In this document: one piece after another, positions 9,251 to 19,596 of the stretch | Layout of the letters: every line of letters begins with the position of its first letter | How positions within the stretch are numbered: position 1 is the stretch's first letter | Assembly (NCBI GenBank): GCA_021413905.1 | Contig: JAIOPO010000005.1 | Span: 2,027 to 66,026, forward strand | Reading direction: 5' to 3' | From: Candidatus Nomurabacteria bacterium | GTDB lineage: Bacteria > Patescibacteriota > Minisyncoccia > Phycocordibacterales > UBA9973 | DNA length: 64,000 nt | Notes under the pieces: model-generated | Databases searched by the model: none | The model's input: only the letters and a program-made list of their open reading frames with translations | Told to the model about the DNA's origin: nothing | Made by a program: the position numbers and the translations under genes

Positions 9251-11017
9251 TTATTTATTTAAACGACCATTTTTAATTTCTTGTATTTTTTTATTAATTT
9301 CACTTATTTCCTTTAAAATTTGATTCGACTTTTCTCTATCTTTATTATTTTCATACAAATTCAATTCTTGCATTTTTTTAAATAATTCTTCTTTTAAGAA
9401 TTCTTCTTTTAAATTAAATAATAATTCTTGAATATCTTGTTCTAAATTGACATTTTCATCATAAAAAACTTCTGCTTCATATATCAAACCTTCTTTATCG
9501 TTTTTATTTTTTTCAATAATTTCTTCTTTTGAAATTTTCAAAATATCAGTCAAATCTTGCAAAATTTTATTAGTTTCTATTTTTGGATTTGGAACTTTTT
9601 GTTGCCAAAATATAACACCCATCAGTCTACGTTCAATATAATCTTTTCTAAAAACTTTATTTTTTACATTTATGACATTACTTATTTCAACTTTTTCAAA
9701 ATTCATTTCTTTTTCTACTTTTTTCAAATCATCTTGCAATGCTTTTTCTGGTATCTGGGTTTTATCACTGATTTTTTTTATAAAATGCATTTTTTCTATT
9801 GAGCTGTCCAAAGCATTTATAAAAGGCAATATATTTTCTTGTATTTCTCTACCGACTTTTCTCATATCATCAATATTTTTTTTCAAAGCTTTATCTAACA
9901 AAAATTCAATTAAATGTTTTGAATTTCTAATTGCACTTTTCCAAGCTTCAACACCTTGCTTAGAGATTAAATCAGCCGGATCAAAACCTTCAGGAATCAT
10001 AGCTACTTTTACATCCATCCCTAAAGATAGGGCTATTCTACCTGCACGAAAAGAAGCTTTTTCCCCTGCCTTATCTGAATCAAAAGCCAAAACAATATTA
10101 TCAGAAAGACGCAAAACTAAACCAAGATTAGAAATTACATTTTCTTTTGAAATGGTAGAATCTGACAAAGCTGTACCTGAAGATGCAATTGTATTTTTAA
10201 AACCTGCTTGATGAGACAAAACTAAATCCATTTGACCTTCAACTAAAATTGAAAAATTATTTTTTCGAATTGAATCTTTTGCTTTGTCTATACCAAAAAA
10301 TACTGAAGATTTGTTGAAAATAGGTGTCTCCGGAGAATTTAAATATTTTGCTTGTGTTATTTGACCTGAGTCTGCCGAAAGATCATCAAAGATTCTACCT
10401 GAAAAAGCAATTACCCGACCACTAGAATCAGCAATGGGAAATATAATTCTACCACGAAAACGATCGTAGAAACCTTTTTCTGATGATTTAATCAAACCAG
10501 CGAGCTCTATATCTTTATCATTAAAATTTTTATTTTTTAAATAATTATAAAGTTCACGCCAATCATTTTTCGCAAAACCAATTCTGAAATCTTTTATACT
10601 TTCATTCTGCAATCCTCTATTTTTCAAATAACTTAAAACTTGCTGATTTTCTGTTAAATTCTTAGAAAAATATTTAGTCGCTTCTTCCATGACTCTATAT
10701 AATCTTTCTTTTTCACTTTCAACTTCTTTATTGTAACCTTCAAGAGGTACACCTGCGCGCTCGGCTAAAAGTTTCAATGCTCCTTTAAAATCAAGACCTT
10801 CGAATTCTTCTACAAAAGTAAAAATATCACCTTTAGCGGAACAACCAAAACAATAATAACTCTCCCTGTCAGGGGAAACATAAAAAGATGGCGTCTTTTC
10901 ATTATGAAAAGGACAGCGAGCTTTAAAATTTGCCCCCGACTTTTCCAACTTTATATAAGAAGAGACTACTTCTTCAATTGAAAGCCTCTCCTTGATTTTT
11001 TGAACTGGAGAGTTCAT
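9251..11017 (-). CDS. dnaG: DNA primase DnaG
   Basis: The CHC2 zinc finger is [37 protein letters not shown] domain follows (EGQMDLV...DSDKAG). Confidence 0.9.
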   Translation of the reverse strand: MNSPVQKIKERLSIEEVVSSYIKLEKSGANFKARCPFHNEKTPSFYVSPDRESYYCFGCSAKGDIFTFVEEFEGLDFKGALKLLAERAGVPLEGYNKEVESEKERLYRVMEEATKYFSKNLTENQQVLSYLKNRGLQNESIKDFRIGFAKNDWRELYNYLKNKNFNDKDIELAGLIKSSEKGFYDRFRGRIIFPIADSSGRVIAFSGRIFDDLSADSGQITQAKYLNSPETPIFNKSSVFFGIDKAKDSIRKNNFSILVEGQMDLVLSHQAGFKNTIASSGTALSDSTISKENVISNLGLVLRLSDNIVLAFDSDKAGEKASFRAGRIALSLGMDVKVAMIPEGFDPADLISKQGVEAWKSAIRNSKHLIEFLLDKALKKNIDDMRKVGREIQENILPFINALDSSIEKMHFIKKISDKTQIPEKALQDDLKKVEKEMNFEKVEISNVINVKNKVFRKDYIERRLMGVIFWQQKVPNPKIETNKILQDLTDILKISKEEIIEKNKNDKEGLIYEAEVFYDENVNLEQDIQELLFNLKEEFLKEELFKKMQELNLYENNKDREKSNQILKEISEINKKIQEIKNGRLNK

Positions 11018-11023
11018 ATTTTT

Positions 11024-14000
11024 TTATTCTTCTTTATTTAATTCTAGATTTTTTCTAAAACCTGTTCCAACCGGAATCAAACGTCCGATGATTACATTTT
11101 CTTTCAAACCTCTGAGCAAATCAACTCCCCCTTTTATAGCATTTTCAATCAACACACGATTTGTGTTTTGGAATGAAGCAGCAGAAAGCCAACTCTTTGT
11201 TCGTAGAGAAACTTCAGTAATACCAAGTGGCATGATTTCAGCTTTTGCTTCTTTACCGTCAATACCTTTTATTCGAATATTTTCTTCAATAAGAGATGTA
11301 TTTTCAACAATATCACCAATAGAAAAATTAGTTTCACCTGCATCTTTTATTTTTCTTCTTGAGAACATTTGACGAATTATTATTTCAGTATGTTTTCTAG
11401 AAATAGAAGCACTCTGAAGTTCGTAAACTTTATTGATTTCTCTAATGATATATTCTTCGGCCATTTCTTTACTACCGTATTTGAATATTTCAGCAATATC
11501 AGCAGAACCGTCAGTCAAAAGCTCGCCTTTCTTTATTTTATCACCAGCTTTAACTAAAGGATTTCTTCTGTAAGCAACAGTATATTCAATTTCATTTGAT
11601 TTACCATCAGCTTTTGAATCAGACAAAACTTTAATAAGTTTTTCTTTTCCATCTTTGTCTTTAACTTCTACAACTTCACCATCTGTTTGAGAAACAACAG
11701 CAGGATTCTTTGGAATTCTTCTTTCAAAAATTTCTTCAACACGAGGCAAACCAGTAGTGATGTCCACACCCGCGACACCTCCGGCATGGAATGTACGAAG
11801 TGTAAGCTGTGTTCCAGGTTCACCGATAGCTTGAGCAGCAATAATACCTACAGCTTCACCGAGATTTACCAAATGATTTCTTCCCAAATCTAAACCGTAA
11901 CACATTTGACACAAACCGTGAGCTGTACGACAAGTCAAAGGAGAACGCACAAACACTTCTGTAAATCCAGCTTTTTCTATAACATTAGCTTCTTCTTTAG
12001 TAACAAGAAAACCTTTATGGTAAACTACATTTCCATTTTCATCTTTCAAATCTGCTCCCAAAACACGTCCACGAATATTTTTAGAAAGAGGAATTTCTAT
12101 ACCAGAAACATTTTCTTTTGTAACAATTTTTCCTTCTTTTGTACCACAATCTGCTTCTGTAATAACAACATCTTGAGCAACATCCACGAGTCTACGAGTC
12201 AAATATCCAGCTTTTGCAGTATTCAAAGCAGTATCAGATGCTCCTTTACGCGCTCCGTGTGTAGTAACGAAATACTCAATAGAAGAAAGACCTTCTTGGT
12301 AACAAGGAATAATCGGAAATTCCACTGTGCGACCTTGGTTGTTTTGAATCAAACCGATCATACCTGTCATCTGAGAAAGTGATGTCATATTACCTCTGGC
12401 ACCAGAAGTAAATAAATCATAAGTAGATCCATTTTTATCCAAAGTATCAGGTAATATTTTTTCTAATTCTTTTTTAGTATGTGTCCAGATTTCAATAATC
12501 TTTTGATATTTCTCTTCATCAGAAAGAAGACCGTCTTGCCATTGAGAAATTATAGTATCTTCTAATTTTTTACCATCAGCAATAATTTTTGGTTTTTGTT
12601 CTGGGACTTTTATATTATCCAATCCCCATGTTGTTCCGGAAATTGTTGAATGTTTAAAACCGAATTGTTTTATTTTATCAAGCAAAGGAGGAGTTTGATC
12701 TATACCGTATTGCATAATGAGTTCATCAACAAGAGCTGAAACTCTTTTTTGTGTTATCTCATCATTAATATAATCAAAGTCATTAGGCAAAATTCCATTA
12801 AACAACAATTTTCCTACAGTTGTATCAAAAAGTTGACCTTGGAATTTAGCATATTTATGAGTATCAGTACCCATAACTTTTATTTTTGCACGAAGTGAAA
12901 CAACACCGTATTCATATGCAGTGATAGCAGCATTTGGACTTGAGAAATATTTTCCTTCACCCTTTTCACCGTCAACATTCTTTGTCATCCAATAAGAACC
13001 GAGAACCATATCCATACGAGGGTTTGCAATAGGTTCACCATTTTGTGGTTTCAAAAGATTTTTGTTAGCAGCCATCAATTCTTTCGCTTCATATTGAGCT
13101 TCTTCAGAAAGAGGCACATATACAGCCATTTGGTCTCCGTCGAAGTCAGCGTTGAAAGCCTGACAAACAAGAGGATGTACTTGGATAGCATTACCTTCAA
13201 TAAGAATAGGGTTGAAAGCTTGTATACCTAAACGGTGCAAAGTAGGCGCACGGTTTAAGAGAACATATTTTCCGGCAATAACTTCTTCGAGCATTGCCCA
13301 TACTTCTGGTGTTCTTTCTTCGATCAATTTATTAGCTCCACGAATATTAAATGCGAGTTCAGCCTGCAATATTTTTGAAATAACAAAAGGTTTGAAAAGT
13401 TCCAATGCCATATGTTTTGGCAAACCACATTGATTTAATTTCAATTGAGGACCAACGACGATAACAGAACGTCCGGAATAGTCCACACGCTTACCGAGCA
13501 AGTTTTGACGGAAAAGACCTTGTTTTGATTTCAAGTTATCAGAAAGAGATTTCAACGCTCTTTTTTGAGATTGACTCATGGCTACAGTGTCATTTTGTTT
13601 TGCAATAGAGTTATCAATCAAAGCATCAACTGCTTCTTGGATAATTCTTTTTTCATTTCTTAGAATAACATCTGGAGCATTGATTTCTTTCAATTTTCTT
13701 AGACGATTATTTCTATTTATTACACGACGATATAAGTCATTCAAATCAGATGTTGCATGACGTCCACCATCGAGGGCCACCATCGGACGAAGCACAGGAG
13801 GTATAACAGGGATAACTGTAAGGAACATCCATTCTGGGCGAACTTTTGCATAAGTCATAGCACGGATAAGAGAAAGTCTTTTTTGGATTTTTTCTTTTTC
13901 TATTGTACTTGCTTTTTCAAGCATTCCTTCAGTGTGAGCTTTTAATTTATTCAAATCCAAATTTTTGAAAATAGAATAGATAGCTTCAGCACCGATATTT

Positions 14001-14632
14001 GCTTCAAAACATGTACCGTATTTCAAAGAATAATGATGGAAAGAAATTTCATTCAAAACTTTTCCTTCATATATTTCTCCAATTTCTTTTTTAGTTGTAG
14101 TAAGAAGATTTTTTAATTTCTCGCGAGTTTCTTCATCAGCTGAATTTTTTAATTTAGCTTTATATTCTCTTTCCAAATTTTGTACTATTGTTTCTTTTTC
14201 ATCTTCATGAACTTTTGTGATTATATAACCCGCAAAGTATATTACTTTTTCTAAATCAGAAACAGAAATATTCAAAAGAATACTCATACGAGATGGTACT
14301 CCACGCAAAAACCAAATATGCGCGACAGGAGTAGCGAGTTCTATATGGCCCATTCTTTCACGGCGAACAATAGAACGAGTAACTTCAACTCCACATTTCT
14401 CACAAATAATATCTTTATATCTTATTCTGCGATATTTTCCACAATAACATTCATAATCTTTTTCTGGACCGAAAATCTTTTCGTCAAAAAGACCTCCGCG
14501 TTCACTACGACCTGTACGATAATTTATAGTCTCTGGTTTTGTAACTTCTCCATAAGACCATTCTTTTATTTGCTCAGGTGATGCGAGTTTGAGCGTAATA
14601 CTATCAAATTCAGTTGTGTTTAAAGTTTTCAT
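11024..14632 (-). CDS. rpoC: DNA-directed RNA polymerase subunit beta-prime
   Basis: 1202 aa. The Zn-binding N-terminus (CYCGKY...CEKCGVEV), NADFDGD and the trigger-loop region are present. Confidence 0.95.
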   Translation of the reverse strand: MKTLNTTEFDSITLKLASPEQIKEWSYGEVTKPETINYRTGRSERGGLFDEKIFGPEKDYECYCGKYRRIRYKDIICEKCGVEVTRSIVRRERMGHIELATPVAHIWFLRGVPSRMSILLNISVSDLEKVIYFAGYIITKVHEDEKETIVQNLEREYKAKLKNSADEETREKLKNLLTTTKKEIGEIYEGKVLNEISFHHYSLKYGTCFEANIGAEAIYSIFKNLDLNKLKAHTEGMLEKASTIEKEKIQKRLSLIRAMTYAKVRPEWMFLTVIPVIPPVLRPMVALDGGRHATSDLNDLYRRVINRNNRLRKLKEINAPDVILRNEKRIIQEAVDALIDNSIAKQNDTVAMSQSQKRALKSLSDNLKSKQGLFRQNLLGKRVDYSGRSVIVVGPQLKLNQCGLPKHMALELFKPFVISKILQAELAFNIRGANKLIEERTPEVWAMLEEVIAGKYVLLNRAPTLHRLGIQAFNPILIEGNAIQVHPLVCQAFNADFDGDQMAVYVPLSEEAQYEAKELMAANKNLLKPQNGEPIANPRMDMVLGSYWMTKNVDGEKGEGKYFSSPNAAITAYEYGVVSLRAKIKVMGTDTHKYAKFQGQLFDTTVGKLLFNGILPNDFDYINDEITQKRVSALVDELIMQYGIDQTPPLLDKIKQFGFKHSTISGTTWGLDNIKVPEQKPKIIADGKKLEDTIISQWQDGLLSDEEKYQKIIEIWTHTKKELEKILPDTLDKNGSTYDLFTSGARGNMTSLSQMTGMIGLIQNNQGRTVEFPIIPCYQEGLSSIEYFVTTHGARKGASDTALNTAKAGYLTRRLVDVAQDVVITEADCGTKEGKIVTKENVSGIEIPLSKNIRGRVLGADLKDENGNVVYHKGFLVTKEEANVIEKAGFTEVFVRSPLTCRTAHGLCQMCYGLDLGRNHLVNLGEAVGIIAAQAIGEPGTQLTLRTFHAGGVAGVDITTGLPRVEEIFERRIPKNPAVVSQTDGEVVEVKDKDGKEKLIKVLSDSKADGKSNEIEYTVAYRRNPLVKAGDKIKKGELLTDGSADIAEIFKYGSKEMAEEYIIREINKVYELQSASISRKHTEIIIRQMFSRRKIKDAGETNFSIGDIVENTSLIEENIRIKGIDGKEAKAEIMPLGITEVSLRTKSWLSAASFQNTNRVLIENAIKGGVDLLRGLKENVIIGRLIPVGTGFRKNLELNKEE

Positions 14633-14650
14633 AATATATTTTTTATTTTA

Positions 14651-17600
14651 TTAATTATTATTTTCTTTAATAGAAGACTTGCTCAAATCCACATCCATAG
14701 CAAGACCACGCAAATAATTCAACATAACATTGAAAGATGCTGGAGAATTCGGATGTTTAATCGGCTCATTTTTTATAATAGAATCAAAAGTCTGTGAACG
14801 ACCAAGTATATCATCGGACTTTATTGTTAACATTTCACGCAAAGCATATGCAGCACCGTAACCTTCGAGCGCCCACACTTCCATTTCTCCAAATCTTTGT
14901 CCTCCACCTTGAGCTTTACCTCCGAGTGGTTGTTGAGTGATAAGAGAGTAGGGACCAATAGAACGCATATGTATTTTGTCTTCCACCATGTGGTGCAATT
15001 TCAACATATACATATATCCGACAGCGACATTTTGTTCAAAAGCTTCACCTGTGCGTCCGTCAAAAAGTTGAACACGGCCATTTTCTGGAATTCCAGCTTT
15101 CTTTAATTCTTCTTGAATTTCTTCTGTTTTTGCTCCTAAGAAAGGAGGCACGATAGCTTGATAACCTAAAGTATTAGCTGCCATACCTAAATGCATTTCT
15201 AAAATTTGTCCCAAGTTCATACGAGAAGGAATACCAAGTGGAGACAAAATAATATCCACAGGAGTACCATCTGCCATATATGGCATATCTTCTTCGGGTA
15301 AGATTGTAGAAATAACTCCTTTGTTTCCATGACGTCCTGAAAGTTTATCACCAACAGAAATATTTCTAACTTGAGCGACTTCAATAACGATTTTCTTGAT
15401 GATTCCAGCTTCAAGAGTATGACCCAAATCTCTAGAGAATATTTTTACACCAATAACACGTCCACGCTTACCGTGTTCCATGCGAAGTGATGCATCTTTT
15501 ACATCGCGAGCTTTTTCAGCAAAAATAGAACGCAACAATCTTTCTTCAGGAGTGAGTTCTGTCTCGCCTTTTGGTGTAATCTTACCAACCAAAATATCAT
15601 TTTCACGAATTTCAGCACCTATGCGAACAACACCATCCTCATCCAAATCTTTAAGTTTTAACTCTCCGACATTTGGAATATCACGAGTAGTTATTTCAGG
15701 TCCAAGTTTTGTATCACGAACAACACAAATAAATTCTTCAACATAGATAGAAGTAAATTTACTTTTCTTTACCAATCTTTCAGAAACAATAATCGCATCT
15801 TCGTAGTTTGATCCAGACCATGACAAGAATGCCACGAAAATATTTTGACCAACAGAAATTTGTCCATTTACTGTAGATGTAGTATCAGCCAAAACATCTC
15901 CTTTTTTAACTTTATCTCCGACATTCACAGCGGGACGTTGATGAAAAGATGAGAAATTGTTATTTCTCAAAAAATTCACAAGTGTATAAGTTTTTTCTTT
16001 TTTACCTGTGACTACTATTTTCTTTGCATCAAGATAAGAAACAACACCATCTTCTTCTGCTAATACCAATCTTCCAGAATCACGAGAAGCTAATTCTTCT
16101 ATACCTGTAGCAACCAATGGAGCTTCTGGTAAAACACAAGGCACTGCTTGTTTCTGCATGTTTGATCCCATCAATGCTCTATTTGCATTATTATGTTCAA
16201 AGAAAGGAATCATGGATGTTGCAATAGAAAAAGCTTGGTTTGTGGCAACATCAATAAAATCAACTTCATCACGAGGAATAAGACCCGGTTGAGTTTTGAC
16301 ACGAGATGCTACTTTTTCATCTGTAATTTTTCCATCTTCAGAATATGGAGTTCCGGCATGCGCAATGTTATATTTTTCTTCTTCAAGAGCATTCAAGTAA
16401 ACAATATCTCCTGTTATTTTTCCATTTTTAACTTTTAAATAAGGTGTTTCAATAATACCGAAATCATTGATTCTTGCATAAGTAGCCAAGTGTAAAATCA
16501 ATCCAATGTTTGGACCTTCTGGTGTGTGAATAGGACAGACTCTACCATAGTGAGAAGGATGCACGTCACGCACCTCAAGACCTGCACGCTCACGAGTAAG
16601 ACCTCCTGGCCCTAAAGCAGAAAGCAAACGTAAATGTTCAAGTTCCGCCAACACATTTTCTTGACTCATAAATTGAGACAATTGGTTTGTTGTAAAAAAT
16701 TCTTTTATACGAGCTTGAAGTGGACGTTGATTTATGATTTGTACAGGCATAGCTGTATCTACATCAATAGTAGACATTCTGTCTTGCACATTTCTTTTTA
16801 TTTGCATTATACCTGTGCGAATTTTTTGTTGTAACATTTCACCAACAAAACGCACACGTCTTTGACCCAAGTGATCTATGTCATCTGCTTTTGAACCTGG
16901 AGTAGTATTCAAATCAATAATATTTCCAACAATAGTGAAAATATCTTCTTTTGAAATAGTTCTGCGAGCCATTTCATCTTCGTCCATTGATTTACCAAAA
17001 CGATTGTTAAATCGAAAACGTCCAACAGGAGAAAGGTCGTATCTTTCTGAAGTAAAGAGAGAATTTATGAATTCTTTAGCATTGTCCGGAGTAGCCATAT
17101 CTCCGTCTCTTAAACGCTTGTAGATTTCAATATATGTTTCAGCTAATGTCTTAGCTGGATCTTTCGCAATGGAAATTTTCATACTTTCTTCCCAAGCTGG
17201 ATTTCCAGAAAAAGCTTTCAAAATTTCTTCATTTGAAGAATAACCCATCACACGCAAGAGAGCTGTTACTGGGAATTTTCTCTTTTTGTCTATTCTGACA
17301 TACATCGCTCCGTCTGATTCTGATTCTATTTCAATCCATACACCACGAGCTGGAATTATTTTTGCTCCGAAATATCTTTTTCCTTTACTTTCAGATTCTG
17401 TAAAGAAAACTCCGAAAGAACGCGCAAGTTGTGGAACTATGACACGTTCGACTCCATTTATTATAAAAGTTCCATGAGCAGTCATCAAAGGAATTTCAGA
17501 CATGAATATTTCTTGTTCTTTTACAGTACCAAGAATTTTATTTGTCAGTTTTACACGTGCCTTTATTTGACCTTCATAAGAAAGCTTGTTTACCTTTGCA

Positions 17601-17830
17601 TGATTCTCATCACACTTTGGTTCACCTAGAGAAAATGAAGTAAAATCCAATTGAAATTTTTTCCCGGAATAATCCGTAATTGGAGAAAATTCTTTAAACA
17701 CTTCTTTAATACCTTCTTCCACCAACCATTTGAAAGATTTGACCTGTGACTCGATCAAATTTGGAAATTCGATGAGAGGTTTTTTGTATCTTGAAAAATA
17801 CTTCTTGGGACGGATGTTGTCTTTTTGCAT
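14651..17830 (-). CDS. rpoB: DNA-directed RNA polymerase subunit beta
   Basis: 1059 aa. Conserved beta-subunit blocks are present (GEMEVWALEGYGAAY, HMVEDKIHMRS), and the gene sits immediately upstream of rpoC. Confidence 0.95.
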   Translation of the reverse strand: MQKDNIRPKKYFSRYKKPLIEFPNLIESQVKSFKWLVEEGIKEVFKEFSPITDYSGKKFQLDFTSFSLGEPKCDENHAKVNKLSYEGQIKARVKLTNKILGTVKEQEIFMSEIPLMTAHGTFIINGVERVIVPQLARSFGVFFTESESKGKRYFGAKIIPARGVWIEIESESDGAMYVRIDKKRKFPVTALLRVMGYSSNEEILKAFSGNPAWEESMKISIAKDPAKTLAETYIEIYKRLRDGDMATPDNAKEFINSLFTSERYDLSPVGRFRFNNRFGKSMDEDEMARRTISKEDIFTIVGNIIDLNTTPGSKADDIDHLGQRRVRFVGEMLQQKIRTGIMQIKRNVQDRMSTIDVDTAMPVQIINQRPLQARIKEFFTTNQLSQFMSQENVLAELEHLRLLSALGPGGLTRERAGLEVRDVHPSHYGRVCPIHTPEGPNIGLILHLATYARINDFGIIETPYLKVKNGKITGDIVYLNALEEEKYNIAHAGTPYSEDGKITDEKVASRVKTQPGLIPRDEVDFIDVATNQAFSIATSMIPFFEHNNANRALMGSNMQKQAVPCVLPEAPLVATGIEELASRDSGRLVLAEEDGVVSYLDAKKIVVTGKKEKTYTLVNFLRNNNFSSFHQRPAVNVGDKVKKGDVLADTTSTVNGQISVGQNIFVAFLSWSGSNYEDAIIVSERLVKKSKFTSIYVEEFICVVRDTKLGPEITTRDIPNVGELKLKDLDEDGVVRIGAEIRENDILVGKITPKGETELTPEERLLRSIFAEKARDVKDASLRMEHGKRGRVIGVKIFSRDLGHTLEAGIIKKIVIEVAQVRNISVGDKLSGRHGNKGVISTILPEEDMPYMADGTPVDIILSPLGIPSRMNLGQILEMHLGMAANTLGYQAIVPPFLGAKTEEIQEELKKAGIPENGRVQLFDGRTGEAFEQNVAVGYMYMLKLHHMVEDKIHMRSIGPYSLITQQPLGGKAQGGGQRFGEMEVWALEGYGAAYALREMLTIKSDDILGRSQTFDSIIKNEPIKHPNSPASFNVMLNYLRGLAMDVDLSKSSIKENNN

Positions 17831-18034
17831 AATTTATAAAAATTACGTCCAAAATAAAAAGAAAAATGAAAAAGCAAAATGCCTTTATCATTAAAAGCTA
17901 TTTAATTCGGACGATGGCTAATAATACTATTAAACTAATAATTAAAATCCAAAAGAGTACATCCGAAACTCAATCTATTACTCAAACAAAAGTATACTCC
18001 AACGCCCACAAAAAGTCAAATATTGTTTAAGTAT

Positions 18035-18754
18035 TTATTTTGTATTCTTTTTCCACTCATCTATCAGCTTGTGATTGCCGGAAAGTAAAACTTTTGGCAC
18101 CTTATATTTTTTTATTTTTCCATTTATTTTCTTATCATGAGCGAAGCCGAAGGAATGTTCTAAAACTTCCGGTCTTGTGTAAACTTCACTTGAAGAAACA
18201 CGTTCTTCTTCAAGTGATTCAAATTTACCTAAAACACCTGGAATTTGCCGAGACACAGAATCCAATAAAACCATCGCCGGCAATTCCCCTCCAGTCAAAA
18301 CGTAATCTCCTATTGAGAATCTTTCAAATTTCAAGGATTTATCCTGAGCCTGCCGAAGGATCTTGTCCACTCTCGCATCTATACCTTCGTATCGTCCACA
18401 AATCAAAATAATATCCGTATATTTTTTTGAAATATTTTTTGCAATACTTGTTGTAAATTTTTCTGCACTAGGAATAAAATTAATAATCAAAATTTTACTT
18501 TTTTTATTTTTTATTTTTGAAATAGATTTTTCTACTGCTTTAAGAATAGGTTCTGCGCGCATCACCATACCCGGACCTCCACCGTAAGGTTTATCGTCTA
18601 TAGGTTTATAATTATTTTTAGGGGCTTTAACAAAACCTCGAGGATTGTAAAACTTCACAGAAATATGTTTGCTTTCTATTGCCCGCCCAAGAATAGACTC
18701 TTTTAAATAAGAATCAAAAGCCTCTGGAAAAATTGTAATTATATGAAAATTCAT
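18035..18754 (-). CDS. trmD: tRNA (guanine37-N1)-methyltransferase
   Basis: MNFHIITIFPEAFDSYL... and the SPOUT fold blocks (GGPGMVM, CGRYEGID). Confidence 0.85.
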   Translation of the reverse strand: MNFHIITIFPEAFDSYLKESILGRAIESKHISVKFYNPRGFVKAPKNNYKPIDDKPYGGGPGMVMRAEPILKAVEKSISKIKNKKSKILIINFIPSAEKFTTSIAKNISKKYTDIILICGRYEGIDARVDKILRQAQDKSLKFERFSIGDYVLTGGELPAMVLLDSVSRQIPGVLGKFESLEEERVSSSEVYTRPEVLEHSFGFAHDKKINGKIKKYKVPKVLLSGNHKLIDEWKKNTK

Positions 18755-18761
18755 AAAAAGA

Positions 18762-18792
18762 AAAAACGTGATATATTTATATCACGTTTTTT
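18762..18792. terminator. Hairpin/terminator between the KH-protein gene and trmD
   Basis: A 10-bp stem ACGTGATATA/TATATCACGT is flanked by an A-run and a T-run, so it is symmetric on both strands. Confidence 0.45.
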
Positions 18793-18804
18793 CTAAAATT
18801 TCAA

Positions 18805-19128
18805 TTAAATTCCCTTTAAATCTTCCATTGCTTGATCAACAGTTTTTGTTGACATTCCAGAAGTCATAGGTCTTGTACTACCCTCTGGCTCGTTAATTTT
18901 TAGATTAACGCGCGCATTATTCTTCATACCAATAACTCGGAGAAGAGTGCGGATAGCTTTAGCTGTGTTACCCATTCTTCCGATAATCTTGCCCATATCG
19001 GCAGGATTCACAGTAAGACTGATAAGCACACCCATTTCGTCAACAGTACGATCGAGTTTTACATCGTTCGGATTATCAACGAGAGCTTTTACTACGTATT
19101 CTAGAAACATCTTGTCAGCGTCTTGCAT
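18805..19128 (-). CDS. KH-domain RNA-binding protein (UPF0109/YlqC-like)
   Basis: The GxxG KH motif is IIGRMGNTAKAIRTLL. The gene sits in the canonical position between rpsP and trmD. Confidence 0.7.
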   Translation of the reverse strand: MQDADKMFLEYVVKALVDNPNDVKLDRTVDEMGVLISLTVNPADMGKIIGRMGNTAKAIRTLLRVIGMKNNARVNLKINEPEGSTRPMTSGMSTKTVDQAMEDLKGI

Positions 19129-19232
19129 AATATTCAGTACGTATATATTTTTAATATCACAGTTCTTCGACTAAAATAACTGCTTACAACTAATTATACA
19201 AATTAGAGATTTTTTTTGCAAACTAAAAAAAA

Positions 19233-19541
19233 TTATTTTTTAGTTTTAGCTTCTTTTCTTGAAACAGTAGGTTTCTTTTTTGGCAAAACATTTTTCTTTT
19301 TACCTTCGATGATTTTATTATGAACTAAAAAGTTGTGTAATGTATCTGTCAATTGAGCTCCTGTTGAAAGCAATTGAGTTATTCTTTCAGCATTAAAACT
19401 AGTAGTACCAGCTTTAGGATTATAAGTACCGACGATTTCTAAAAACTTACCACTCTTTGTGGAGTTCTTTGAATCAGTTAAAACAACACGAAAAGCCGGG
19501 TCGTTCTTTCTGCCTATTCTTTGTAATCTTATTTTTAACAT
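19233..19541 (-). CDS. rpsP: 30S ribosomal protein S16
   Basis: MLKIRLQRIGRKNDPAFRVVLTDSK is the conserved S16 N-terminus. A basic C-terminal tail follows. Confidence 0.85.
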   Translation of the reverse strand: MLKIRLQRIGRKNDPAFRVVLTDSKNSTKSGKFLEIVGTYNPKAGTTSFNAERITQLLSTGAQLTDTLHNFLVHNKIIEGKKKNVLPKKKPTVSRKEAKTKK

Positions 19542-19596
19542 TCATATAGTGTAGCATAATATATAAAAAACGCAAATAGTATGCTATATTAAAGGA

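Noticed and set aside
11088-17629. Numerous 60-180-aa plus-strand ORFs inside rpoC and rpoB
   Set aside because: Antisense shadow ORFs of long, well-supported genes. The AT-rich sequence gives long stop-free stretches.
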